Source: Hypanus sabinus
Taxonomy: Eukaryota
NCBI RefSeq assembly: GCF_030144855.1
Contig: NC_082729.1
Location: forward strand, 12,462,001 to 12,526,000
DNA: 64,000 nt
Direction: 5' to 3'
The notes below the pieces were generated by a model. That model made no database searches, was not told where the DNA came from, and saw nothing but the letters and a program-made list of their open reading frames with translations. How positions within the stretch are numbered: position 1 is the stretch's first letter; the number at the start of each line of letters is the position of its first letter. This document shows positions 39,179-52,288 of this stretch, piece after piece. The position numbers and the translations under genes are program-made.

Positions 39179-39623
39179 GTGAGAATTATTTTTTTTAAAA
39201 TGACCTGGCATCCCTCAAACTTCAATGTTGCTGACAGTCCTGGGACATTGAAGGCTGTATTGTACTAAACGTGAGACAGTCAAGCTCAATGCATTGGGAA
39301 TGAAATGCAGGAGCCTGTCATTTTCTGTGTCACAACTGCAATCTTGGTAACGTCTGTTCAATTGCACTATTGTTCGAGCAATATGTTGTGTTGTGATCCA
39401 TTCTTTATGAATGCATGGTTCAAACCTGTGCACCAAATTAATTAATTTTGTGAAAGATAAAAACTACTTTGTTACCCTTGAAGATCTTCCCTTATTGCTT
39501 GTTGGTGAGGAAGACCTGGTGAGGTGAATTTTCCGGGTTTTTTTGCCATCCTTTGAAACAATTTATATTGCTAGTTATGAGTGCTTTCTATTTTCTGATT
39601 TCCAGATATATACTTGTATTTAA

Positions 39624-40425
<802 letters not shown>

Positions 40426-40472
40426 TGTTTGGGAAAATATTTATTATTGTTTTAAACTTGGAAATATCAATA

Positions 40473-41132
40473 CAGTCGGCCCTCCTTATCTGCATGCGTG
40501 AATTTAACCAACTGTGGATCAGGAAAACCTGGAAGTTCTCTCTCCAGCAGTCGTTGTTTGAGAGTGTACAGACTATTTTTTTTGTTATTACTCCCTAAAC
40601 AATGCAGTATAACAACTGTTTACATAGCATTTACATTGTATTAGGTATTATAAGTAATCTAGAGATGATTTTAAAGTACAGGTGGTCCCCGGATTATATT
40701 TAGCTTCAGTTAGTCAAATGTTTGTCTTAGTATATAGTATATATGTCACCTTTCTACGCATATAAAACACTTAAGAAATGTATGTATTTCAATAATTAAA
40801 CCACTGCTTTGCTTAGTAATAATTGTAGCTTTCATCGGGCAGGGCCTTTCTCACTTTATCCATTAAAATTGTTCCGACTGTAGCCTAATGCTTTTCCAAT
40901 GATCGATGGCGTTTCACCTCTTTCTGATCACTTTATTACTTCCACTTTATTATCAATCGTGATCGTGATTATTTTCATGAACAGAAACACTGAGGATTCA
41001 GAGTTGCGCTGGGTCCTAAAGTCCACCGCACTGAGACAGGTTAAATAAGGGACTTGAGCATCCGCTTTTTTTGGTATCCATGGGGGGGTGGGGTCCCGGA
41101 ACCAATCCCCCATGGATAAGGAGGGCTGACTG
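40473..41132. mobile_element. TcMar-Tigger non-autonomous DNA transposon (MER2-like)
   Basis: 18-bp TIRs CAGTCGGCCCTCCTTATC / GATAAGGAGGGCTGACTG (17/18 match) with TA on both sides. Confidence 0.9.
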
Positions 41133-41389
41133 TAATTCAGTTAAAGAGCAGAAACATTTTGTGTTGCTTAATTTGACAAGACTGTTTTGGTTTTTGTTTT
41201 GCATACTCATCCTTTAAGGAACTGCAAAAACTGGCTGTGTTGATCTTGTCCTGTTTTTAAACAAGTCTGTGTAAAGCTTGATAGCATATAGTTGATCATA
41301 GCAGGTATGGTGTATTTTATCAGACCACATATTTAACTATCTAAGTAATGATATCTCTGTCTATATATGTCCAAATATTACATTCTTTG

Positions 41390-42385
41390 AAAACATAGAA
41401 GACAGAGGGTAGTGATTAGAGGGAGCTGGGGGTCTGTAATTAGTGGTGTTTCAATGGGATCTATGCTAGGACCTCTGCTGTTCGTGATGTATATAAATGA
41501 CCTGGATGAAAATGTAAATGGGCGGATGATACCAAGATTGGTGGAGTTGTGGGTAGCGCAGAAGACTGGCAAAGAATATAATGCGATAATAGACCAGTTG
41601 CAGATTTGGACTGGGAACCCAGATAAATGTGAGGTTTTGCACCATGGTAGGCAAACGCAGGGAGACAGCACATTAGTAAGGGCAAGTTCTGTAACAGTGT
41701 TGCCAAGCAGAGAGATCTTGGGATCCAAGTTCATAGCTCCTAGAAAGTGGCTGCACAGGTTGATGAGGTGGTTAAGAAGGCTTATGGAATGCTTGCTTGT
41801 ATTATTCAAGACATTGAGTCAAGAGATTATGTTGCAACTTTATAAAACTCTGGTTAAGCCACTTATGGAATGTTGCATACACTATAGGAAGAATATTGAG
41901 GCTTTGGAGACTGCAGAAGAGGTTTAGCAGGATGCTGCCTGGTTTAGAGGGCATATGCTATCATGAGAAGCTGGGTGAACTTGGGCTTCTTTCTCTGGAG
42001 TGGTGGAGGCTGAGGGAAGATCTGATAGAGGTTTATAAGATTATGAGAGACATAGAGTGGACAGAGAGTAACTGTTTCCCAGGGTTGAAATGTCTAATAC
42101 TAGAAGGCATGCATTGAAGGTGGAAGGGAATATGTTCAAGGGGGATATGAGGGGTAGTTTTATTTTAAACTCCAGTGTTAGATGCCTGTAATGCGCTGCC
42201 TTATATGGTGGTAGAGGCCAAATACTTTTAAGAGGTTTAGATAGGCAAATAGATGTAAGGAAAATGGAGGGATATGGACATTATGCAGGTAGGAGGGATT
42301 AGTGGTTGGATATCTTTGATTTGGTTTTCAGTTGGTCGGCACAACATTATGGGCCAAATGGCCTGTTCTTGCTGTACTGTTCTAA
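41390..42385 (+). mobile_element. CR1 RT-3' fragment
   Basis: GS.LGPLLF.MYINDLD, DKCEVLH and LYKTLV motifs. Confidence 0.88.
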
Positions 42386-42454
42386 GTCCTGTGGACAGAT
42401 TTTTCTTTGTGACTTTTTGCACTGTGCTATATAAGTGACACAATTCTCAAATGC

Positions 42455-43060
42455 TAAGAGTTCTAGTTGGGTTGAGTTGTTCTCTGATCTTGGCAATTTA
42501 CCTGCAAATGCTTCATCACCATGTGAGGAGACAAAGTCAGTGCAGTGTGTCCTCCGAATGCCTAGCCTTTATATTCTCAGTCAGCTAATTGGATGTTACT
42601 TTGGAAACTCAATTGTGTTGTGGGGAGGAAATCTCATCACTATTTGGCTGTGGGGCATACTTCGTGCGTTGTCTGGAATTGTTCATGGAAAATCATACTT
42701 CTAGGAATTTTCTTGCATGCCGTGTGTTTGCTTTCGTGAACAGTTCTGTAAACAAACACGCGGACCTCAATCCTATTTATTAGCCAATGCAGGCAAAATT
42801 CCAGACCACGATGCACAAAGTTCACCACACAGACAATCAGCGAAGTGATCTCCTCTCCACATCACTGAGCTTCTGAAATGATGTCTAATCAGCTAATTGC
42901 AAAGTATATAAAGGGCAAGCATTTGGAGGACCACACCACAGTCAACTGTGCACGGACAGTGTTTCCTCGCATGGCAACAAAATGTTTTCCAAGTCAGTTG
43001 CCAAGACCGGAGAACAATTCAACCCAACCATCAACCACCCGAGCTACACAACTTCTGAAT
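42455..43060. mobile_element. Second Penelope family: inverted pLTRs flanking ORF C-terminal remnants
   Basis: 42458-42592 is an inverted repeat of ~42883-43028. ANTRHARKFLE on the minus strand near 42690-42735 and NSSVNKHADLNPIY on the plus strand near 42740-42780 resemble Penelope ORF ends. Confidence 0.7.
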
Positions 43061-43309
43061 TATTTCCAACTAAGAATTCTCTTTGGAGACTTGACGTGCT
43101 GTATTTTATGTGTTCAAATGCAGATTTCCAGGGAGCAGCCCCTTTGAGCACTTTAAAGGCTGCCGAGTAGAATATTATCAGCTTGTTGTAAATCTGCACC
43201 TGGCTTATTTTCTCATTTGGTTGTGTTGGGGAAAAGTAGTCAAGCTTGCTGAACATACATGATTAAAAAAATGTATTTCAAGCATTTTTCATAGCAGTAT
43301 TTTTAACAT

Positions 43310-43880
43310 TCAAAGTAAAATTTGTTATAGTACATGTGTCGCAGCATGCAATTCTGAGATTCATTTTCCTGTGGATATACTCAGCAAATACAGAGAATTA
43401 TAACTATAACAGAATCAATGAAAGAACAATTGGATCATAGGAAACAACAAGCTGTGAAATACAAATATAAATAAATAGCAACAAATAATGAGAGCATGAA
43501 ATAACAAGTGAAAGAGCCCCTGAAGTGAGGTCATTGGTTGTGGGAATATGATAGATGAATGTAGATAACCCTTGATGTTGAAGGGTAGTAACTGTTCCTG
43601 AACCGGGTTCAAGTCCTGAGACTTCTGTACCTTCTACCTGATGGCAGCAGCAAGAAAAGAGCATGACCTGTGTGGGGAGGATCTCTATGGATGCTGCTTC
43701 GATCTGTTAAAAGGCATTGGTGTTCTTGTAGCAGACCACAATGCAGCCCGTCAGTACACTTTCCACTACGCATCTACAGAAATTTGTCAAAGTTTCTGAT
43801 GTCATGCCGAATCTCTGCAGACTCCTGAGGAAGTAGGGGGACTGTTGTGCTTTCTTTACGATTCTATTTATATGATGGGC
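43310..43880 (-). mobile_element. Rex1/Babar 3' fragment
   Basis: Same family as 30970-31140 and 46757-47310. Confidence 0.75.
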
Positions 43881-44919
43881 TCAGCAAAGTATACAGCTGC
43901 TGATGGTTTGTTGCAAGTTTGTGTTCTCAAAGGAGTAGAAAATTTTGTGTGCACAGAATAGATGATTTTCATCCTACAATACAAATTGTAGGTCATATTA
44001 GATTCTCAAATGATCCAGATTCAGTCAGTGGCTTAATGAGATTATTGAATACTGAAAGGGGGATTGTAAAATGGCCGACTTTACATTTGTTGAGGTCAAC
44101 TTCAATGAACTAGAAGCCATGCACAATCTGGGCCAAATCTGCAACTGGAATAAATGCACGGTGGAGTGGTGGGGATGATCAAGGAATTTACTATGATTCA
44201 GGACCATTCTATAACCCCTAGGGACAAGTACAATAGCTGTCAGAAAAGCACAAACATGGATAATCAAAAGTAAAATCAAAACATTCAAAAAGACAACTGT
44301 CCCTGAAAAGCTAATGGTGATTAAAAATAACCATAACTACAAAAAAACTATAAGTGGAAACTTGAAAGGGGTGTAAATGTTTAGTTATACGAGGTGAATA
44401 AAACAGGACAGGAACAATTGGACACATTAAAAATTGATAGTCTTATTGTAAAATGAAAATATCAGAACTTGTCAAATGATTACTTCGCATTAATGTCCGT
44501 CATGGAGAAGAGGGAATTTTAATTAGTGAGCTCATTTTCAACAACTGCAGTTAAGAGGTTAGAACTGTGACAACTTCAGCAGTGCTGTAATGCATACATG
44601 AGGAAAGGGAATATACTCAGTGTTGATGCTAGTAAAATCCATGCCTGGATTCACATGGTTTGGGAAATGAGGTTATTATTCTTGCAATCTTAATATTTAA
44701 TCAACTGAAACTATACAAATTTCACGAGCATTGAAGACCCTGGTGGGAAATGTATTGCTAGTACCTTTGGCAGAACATGCCCTATTCTCATTATCACCAC
44801 CAGAGAGGAGGTACAGGAACCTGGGGGGACCCATCTAAGATTTTAGGAACAGCTTCTTCCCCTCTGCCATCAGATTTCTAGATGGTCTAATTCACTATTT
44901 TGCTCTCTGTTTACTCTCA

Positions 44920-45262
44920 TCATTATCATTATGTGCCATGTTGTATGACTTGGGCAGTCATGGTCTTGACCATAATTGTTCCTGGTAAATTTTTATACAG
45001 AAGCGGTTTGCCTTCTGGAAAGTGTCTTTACAAGTCGGGTGACCCCAACCATTATCAATACTCTTCCTGGTGTCAGTGGTTGTATAACTAGGACCTATGA
45101 GCTACTTGAATGACCATCCACTACTTGCTGCCATGGCTTCACATGAACCTGATCGGGGACTGAGCAGTTGCTACACCTTGCGTAAGAGTGACCTGCAGGC
45201 TAGAGGAGGAAGGGAGGGCCTTACACCTCCTTTGATAGAGACACATCTCTACCACGCCACCC
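44920..45262 (-). mobile_element. Short retroposon with RTE/BovB-like 3' tail
   Basis: Minus-strand ggcaaaccgcttctgtataaaaatttacc resembles RTE 3' ends; (ATG) microsatellite tail. Its 5' end recurs at 48447-48490. Confidence 0.6.
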
Positions 45263-45272
45263 TCTTTTTATG

Positions 45273-46172
45273 TGTAATACCCTGGTTAAGAACATTTTAT
45301 TACTACAACTATGTTGTTGGGTATTTCCTGTAACTTTTCTGTGAAACATTGTTCTGTTAATCAAACTTTACAGCACAGCATTTTGGCTTCTGTTAAGATG
45401 AGGAATCATTTGATCCACTTAGGAATGATGTGTCAGCCAGTCGGATTTGTCTTGATAACATTTTGGCCAGTGGATTGCCATAGAACATAGAGAGATGGGT
45501 GGCAGCCAATTTCTAGGAGGACATGGGTTTTGGGAGAGTTTTTGGCAGTTGTTGGAGGAAGATGAAGGTGTAGAACAGAGCACAAAGGAAGATGCTCACG
45601 GTACCCTTCCCGAAGGAGAGACTCCGTCGTAAGAGATGCTTTGTGCAGACAAATGGTTCCATGGAGCAAGTGCCAATTCTTCCAAGTTAGCCAGTTTGTT
45701 CAGAATGGATTTCATGGAAAGTTTGAACTGTGGCTGGTCTCTTTCATGCAGAATGTGGGTTCAGTGTCATGAATAATTAAAGCAAACCACCTGACTACCA
45801 AGGAATGAGCTCCAGTGTTTATGTGCACGTTATAGACTGGTTTAACTGTAATGGGCCTTTTTACTGTTACTGTTTGCTAAATTTGAAATATACTTCCACT
45901 TTAACTTTATGACTGTGTAAGTTCCATTATTTCGTGACGAACGATAACTTTGGATGGGGCAGTATTTACACATCATTCACCATAATTTCCATTCCCTCAT
46001 TGGAATATTCCAACTTTCTTGTTTGGTTGAGCCCGAATCATACCGACTCTAGATGTGTTGCTTATTGAAGATGGCCGTCTCACTATCACCCATGCAATGT
46101 TGAGTCACGTGGCTGTTAGCCAGCAATAGCTAACAAACCCAATCTATTATGAGCCATGGTAAAAGGGTTACA
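45273..46172. mobile_element. Solo LTR (~900 bp)
   Basis: Termini TGTAATACCCT...AGGGTTACA. 4-bp flanks TATG / TACG differ by one CpG transition. Confidence 0.65.
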
Positions 46173-46756
46173 TACGCTACTTTTTTGTATTATTATAACT
46201 TGCATGTTTTATGTATTGCCTTGTACAACTGCTGCAAAACAATAAATTTCACAACATATTCTTCCGATTATGAACATCTTTCTGATTCTGAATTACTCTT
46301 CCTAAAAGGCAGATGTTTACTTCGCCATCTTGAAACTCCGCCCCCACAACTCGAATTACTCTTCCATGAATGTGATTTTTAATAATCCAGATTTATGCAC
46401 TTTGTTTCTGATTGATGAAACATCAAGCACGCAGAATTGTAATACGGCTGAAATTTTAAATACTTACAGTGGAAGGAGGCCATTCAGGCCACTGTGCTTA
46501 AGCTAGGCTTTCGTTTATTTTAGAAGCTGTTTGGGCAATTCTGACATTCCTCATTCTGGTTATTGTAAAATGGACTTGTAGTGTTGCAAAATAGTCACCA
46601 GCTTTCTCATCCTGAAAATCTGATTTGAATGTGGAATCAATGAAGGTATTAAAATAAAGTATATGGGAATGCTGGGAGTTTTCAGTTGGTTGCTACAGAA
46701 TTAATGAAAAAAATCGCCATGAGGAAACTGATAAAATTTGGGTATGTGCACATACA

Positions 46757-47310
46757 AAGTTCAAAGTAAGTTTTATTATCAGTGTACATTTGTAACCAAA
46801 TAAAACCCTGAGATTCTTTTTCCTGCGGGCATACTCAGCAAATTTATAGAATTATAACTATAACAGGATCAATGAAAAATCAAGTAGAGCGTAGAATACA
46901 ACAAACTGCATATGCAAGTATAAATAAATAAAGAGAACATGAGATAACAAGATTAAAAAGTCCTTAAAGTGAGAACATTGGTTGTGGGAACATCTCAGTG
47001 GATGGGCAAGTGAGTGGAGCCATCTCTTGTTGCTCAAGAGCCTGATGGTTGAGGAGCTCCTAACTGTTCTTGAACCTGCTGGCTCCTGAGGCTTCTGTAC
47101 CTTCTATCTGATGGGGGCAGTGAGAAAAGACAGTTGCGTGGGCGCTGAGGATCTCTGGTGATGGATGCTTGTTTCCTACAGCAGTGATTCATGTAGATGT
47201 GCTCAATGGTTGAAGGGCTTTCCCTTTGATATACTGAGCCGAATTCATTAGTTTTTGTAGGATTTTCCATTCAAAGGCATTGGAGTTCCCATTCCAGGCA
47301 GTGATGCACA
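46757..47310 (-). mobile_element. Rex1/Babar 3' fragment
   Basis: LFSLPPSDRRYRSLR remnant and ctttgaacttt tail. Confidence 0.8.
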
Positions 47311-47539
47311 AATATTGTTTAGAATGGGAAAGATCTTACAGTATATAAAGATCACTTTAAATCAAATGACTTAATTTGCAATACAATAACTTTGTATTTA
47401 GATAGTAAGCATTAGTTTTATTTTTGTATTCACACTCTTACAATTGTAGAAGAATGACATTTAGCTCATCAAGATGTTGCTGAATCTCAGAAATCCTATT
47501 TATCCTTTGCCCTTACCTATTTTGTTGTAACCTATTCTC

Positions 47540-47770
47540 TCCCTTGGGCTCATCAGTCCTCCACCCACCAACGCTAAGGGTAAGTTTACAGTACCCAGTT
47601 AATCAGCATGCTGCACATCTTTGCAGTGTGTGAGGAAACTAGAGCGAACGGAAGAAATCTGTTCTGTTACAAAAAGAGAGTGAACATCTCCACTGACAGC
47701 ACCAGAGGTTAGAAGTGAGTCTGGCTCACCGAAGTTGTGAGGCTGCTTGCTAAGCTACTCTGCCGCCTCT
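47540..47770 (-). mobile_element. Old V-SINE
   Basis: Degenerate reverse V-domain catctttgcagtgtgtgaggaaactagagc. Confidence 0.6.
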
Positions 47771-48116
47771 TTAAGCAATATAAATATTAACATAATGTAA
47801 TTGAATGTAAAGGACAAGGTGACTGCAATAAGGAATGAAAGATGGAAAATAACATTGTGCAGGTTTAAGTTCCTAGTATTTGATTCATTCGTTTCAATCA
47901 TTGAGTCTTCAGTAATTTAAATCCTCTGCATATCTTGACTTCACATACTGTTGGGCACATATTAACTGGATTTTTAAAATTTAAAATATGATAAGAAGGC
48001 CCATATGCCTTTGTAAAACCCCAATCCATTTACTTATTTAGTTCAGCCAAATGTTACTAATTCTATTAATAAAATCTTCTTTCAATTTCCATTAATGGAA
48101 TTTCTTTTCCCCTTAG

Positions 48117-48241
48117 CTTGTTCCTGGGCTTACTGCAGCTGAGACTTTGAGTTCCATCCACGGCAATAAACCAGCCGTTCCGACCCTGGCAGACATTGCA
48201 TGGATAGCTGCAGATGAAGGAGAAGCCTTTACAAGGATGAG
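48117..48241 (+). CDS. MTFR1L: MTFR1L coding exon (LVPGLTAAETLSSIHGNKPAVPTLADIAWIAADEGEAFTRM)
   Basis: Contains the family motif VPTLADIAWIAADE. Acceptor ccccttag, donor AG|GTATT, 125 nt, phase 0/2. Not in the ORF track. Confidence 0.95.
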
Positions 48242-48727
48242 GTATTCACCAATGCGATTGAATCTGAGTTTCCCCAAAAAGTGGAGTATTGGGGTTGTGT
48301 GTGAAGTTATGTTGCCAAGAAGTTAGTCAAAACAACAGAAACCAGTTAATTCTACTTTTAATAGAAATAGGGTATGAAGTCAGCAGCAAACTTTGAGAAA
48401 ATGTTGCTCACTTAAATATTAAAATGAGTCAGTCTGGCCTTGAGTGATAGAGATGTGTCTCTACCAAAGGAGCTGTAAGGCTCTCCTCTTCTTGGATGGG
48501 TGACTTCTCCAATTGTCATGAAATTGTTAACTGGTATCAACATCTAGGTTAGTACCAAAGTGCGTTCTACTGCGGTATTTCCCAAATGAGTGCACTTTTA
48601 ATTCTATTAATTCATCCTGAATCCATTCTAGGTCTTTTAGATGTCCCAGCTATTTGCTACTTAAAAATATCCCTGTGACTGAAACCAACATTTTAGCCAT
48701 AGTGGTGTAAAGGTTCATTTTGCCATT

Positions 48728-49155
48728 ATTTATTGAGATAGACCCTTTGGCCCTTTGAGCTGCACTGCCGAGCAACCCCCTGATTTAACCTTGCCCTAAT
48801 CATGGAACAAATAATGGTGACTATTTTTTTTTTATTATTGATTTTTTTAATGCATTTTCTACAACACTACAGATAAGAAAAAACCCCAAACCAAAATGAA
48901 AAAAAATTAATACAGTGCAAAAATAAACATACAATAATAATATAATACAAAAGAGTTAATTGAGAAAGCACCCAAATTGAAGTCATAACAGTGACTAATT
49001 AACCCACCAACCGGTACGTTTTCATACTGTGTGAAGCCAGAGGAAACCACGTGGTCATGGGGAGAAAGTGCAAACTCCTTACGGACAGTGGCTGGAATTG
49101 AACCCGGGGTCGCTGGTACTGTAAATCGTGCTAACTACTGTGCTACCATGCCACC
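48728..49155 (-). mobile_element. HE1-like V-SINE interrupted by a poly(A)-tailed L1-like 3' end (48824-48990)
   Basis: 7-bp TSD GTGACTA at 48817-48823 and 48991-48997. SINE sequence resumes after the insert. Confidence 0.8.
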
Positions 49156-49307
49156 CCAAATCAGACAAAATCACTTGACACCTGTATGTTTTAGATTTGT
49201 AGTTTTAATACATAGCTCTTGAACTATGGGTTATGTTTTGATTCTAAGAAACTATTATGAAAACTCCCTCTGATAATATTTGTAAATGTATCTGATTTGG
49301 ATTACAG

Positions 49308-49534
49308 AGCTGATGCTAGACCCTACAGGGAAGAATGGCATCCGACTCCACTGCTTATAATGCATAGAAATTCTTCAGTGCCTAACTTCCGAAGGGAAGG
49401 GAGGAAATACGAAAGCCTGAAGAAGCCGGGTCTGACTGCACTGAATCACACTGTGGCACTTCAGGATGAACTTAGCCGCTTGCGAGAGCAGATTGCTAAA
49501 ATCGTTGCTGTGCCAGAAAGTAAAATGGAAACTG
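49308..49534 (+). CDS. MTFR1L: MTFR1L coding exon (ADARPYREEWHPTPLL...QDELSRLREQIAKIVAVPESKMET)
   Basis: RNSSVPN and coiled-coil LQDELSRLREQIAKIVA motifs. Acceptor ttacag, donor G|GTGAGT, 227 nt, phase 2/1. Confidence 0.95.
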
Positions 49535-49729
49535 GTGAGTTAGTGAAAATATTGTCTCCCATTGATAGCTTCAGATACAGTTAGAAACATAAGAATTGAG
49601 GTTCTATGAATGAACTAGCCCAAGCTATTGGTAACAAGTGGCGGTTTAGAAACAAAGTTTAGAATTTCACAGTGGTTGAAGATTCTTGCAGATTGTTGTG
49701 TATGGAAGGGAAATTGAATAACAAAAGGT

Positions 49730-50112
49730 TATTTCTATTCTCTATTTCCCATCCCCTTTTCCCTCTTTCATCTTGTTTTCTTGCCTGCCATCGCCTCCCT
49801 CTGGTGCTCCTCTCCCGTTTTCTTTCTACCATGGCCTTCTGTCCTCTCCTATTAGATTCCCCTTCTCCAGCCCTATATCTCTTCCACCAATCAACTTCCC
49901 AGCTCTTTACTTCATCTATCCTCCCTTCCCCCCCCCCCCAGTTTCATCTATCACTTTGTGTTTCTTCCTCCCCTACCCCACTTTCTAACTCTTGACTTCT
50001 CATTTTTTTTCTCCAGTCCTGCTGAAGGGTCTCCGCCTGAAACATCAGTTGTACTCTTTTCTATAGACACTGCCTGGTCTGCTGAATTTCTCTAGCATTT
50101 TGTGGTTCTTGC
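49730..50112 (+). mobile_element. Penelope 3' region plus pLTR (hammerhead relic 50014-50051)
   Basis: Pyrimidine-rich body followed by cagtcctgctgaagggtctccgcctgaaacatc. Confidence 0.85.
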
Positions 50113-50469
50113 TATGAAGATTTGGAGTTGCTTGGGTGTTGTGAATGGAGAATTTGAGTGATAATGTTTTTTGCAGAGGGAAAATTAGGGCACTCATGAG
50201 GGGTATCTGTAATTAATATGGGGTGGATTATTGGTGGATTATTAGTACATTGGAACAGTAACTGTAGATGTCTAAAAGAACAGTAAGGCCAAACCAGTTG
50301 AGGATTGAAGGTAAAAGATTTTTTTGTCAGTGGATGGGTACCTTTTTAAGTCTCGATCCTGTAGAATAGCAGATAGTTTAGTAATCTCATACCATTGTTA
50401 CGAACTGGTCACATCTGGATACTGAACCATTGGGTACTTCAACGTACCCAATGTCAGTGTATGTAGCGT

Positions 50470-51875
50470 CATAGTCATAGAACACTACACAGAAACAGGC
50501 CCTTCAGCCCATCTAGTCCATGCCAAACTGTTAATCTGTCTAGTCCCATCGACATGCACCTGGATTTAAAAACAAACTTCATGACATGTGAGTGAGATAA
50601 ATCTGATTCTGCTATGGGTCTCTGTTGTGTACTGAGTGTGGGAATGGGGCAGGGAGAGGTGAATCATGGTTGTGAAAAGTGGAAGGGAAAGAGGAAGGAG
50701 CGGAAAGCATCAGAGAGACATTCTGTAATGACCAATAAACCAATTGTTTAGAACCAACCCTCAATGGCACTCCTTCTCTACCACCTATTTCTCACCGTTC
50801 CACTGTGTTCCACCATCACAATTCCCAACATCCTTTGCTCTCGCCAGATTTAGTCTCACTCTCTGCATTATGTTGACAAATACAGTACTGAGCAAATGTC
50901 TTAGACGCCCTACCTAAATATATTTGCCTAAGAGTTTTGCACAGTAGTGTATCTATACCCCTCATAATTTTGTATGTTTCTATCAAATTCCCCTCATACT
51001 CTTAGTCTATGGAATAAAGTTGTAACCTATTCAACTTTCCCCTGTAACTCTTGTCCTCAAGTCCTGGGAATACCTTGTAAATTTTCTTTGTACTCTTTCA
51101 ACCTTGTTTACATCTTTTTTGTAGGTAGGTGACCAACTCTAAATTAGGCCTCTCCAATGTCTTATGCAACTTCAACGTAACATTCCATCTCCTGTACTCA
51201 GTACTTAGATTTATGAAGGCAAACACGCCAAAAGCTTTCTTTACAACTCTAACTACCTGTGACACCATTTTAAAAGAATTATAGATTGATATTCCCAGAT
51301 CCCTTTGTTCTAATGCACACCTCAGTGCCCTACCACTCGCTGTGCAAGCCCTACCCTGGTTTGTCCTCCCAATTTACTGATCCAGTTTACCTTAGGAAGG
51401 CAACATCCATCATTAAGGATCCCTACCATCTAGGACATACCTTCTTCACACAGTTACTATTGGGAAGGAGGTACAGAAGCCTGAAGGTGCACATTCAATG
51501 ATTCAGCAACAGCTTCTTCCCCTCTGCCATCTGATTCCTAAATGGACATTGAACTCATGAACGCTATCTCACTATTGTTTTTTATTTCTGTTCTTGGTCT
51601 ACTAACTCCATTTTTTTTCTCTATTTATCATGTACTGCTGCCATAAAGTTAACAGATGTCAAGGTATATGCCGGTGATATTAAATCTGATGCTGATATAG
51701 ATGACAAACAATAACAGATCCCTGGAGCACTCCACATGTCACAAGCCTCCAGTCAGAAGTAACTATTTACCACCACTCTGTGACTTCTCCCACAAAGCTA
51801 ATGTCTAATCCAATTGATAACCTCATCTTGAATACTGAGCAACTGGACCTTCTTGACCAACCTCCCATGCAGGAA
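50470..51875 (-). mobile_element. Fragmented CR1 with nested Rex1 pieces and a Tc1-like MITE
   Basis: CR1 segments ~50470-50565, 50950-51375 and 51700-51875. Rex1 (+) at 51385-51697. Confidence 0.7.
50883..50949. mobile_element. Tiny Tc1-like MITE
   Basis: TA-flanked imperfect ~25-bp TIRs cagtactgagcaaatgtcttag / ctaagagttttgcacagtagtg. Confidence 0.65.
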
Positions 51876-51960
51876 TCAATATATTTCTTTTAGGGAAAAA
51901 AAAGTTCATCCAACATGTGCTAGGTTAAAGAGGATCTAAGATTTCCCTCTTGTCTTCCAG

Positions 51961-52288
51961 AATCTGCTCCTTTTACACCAGAACTTGGTTCTCCTGACAC
52001 GTCAAGCGTTGCCTGCTCTCTACCAGATTTTGAGTCTGCATATCCTCCATTAGCGTCGTTTACCTTAAACGATGATATTCCAGAAAATGATCCAGCTGAA
52101 TCTTTGAGCATTGCATCATTTTCCATGGCTGCTTCATCAAACTTTGACCTTGATTTTGAAAGTAAAAGGCAGGATATAACTGCAAATGAAGATGATGAAA
52201 CCTCCTGTCTATCAAAGTCCACAAGCTTTGCAGATATGATGGATATTCTGAAAGATATGAACAGGGTTAAATTAAACTCCTTACAAGG
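51961..52288 (+). CDS. MTFR1L: MTFR1L coding exon (ESAPFTPELGSPD...LSKSTSFADMMDILKDMNRVKLNSLQG)
   Basis: Open frame continuous with the previous exon, motif LSK.SFADMM.ILKD. Acceptor tgtcttccag, donor GG|GTGAGT, 328 nt, phase 1/2. Confidence 0.93.

Noticed and set aside
51920-52222. 100-aa antisense ORF
   Set aside because: Shadow of the MTFR1L coding exon on the opposite strand.
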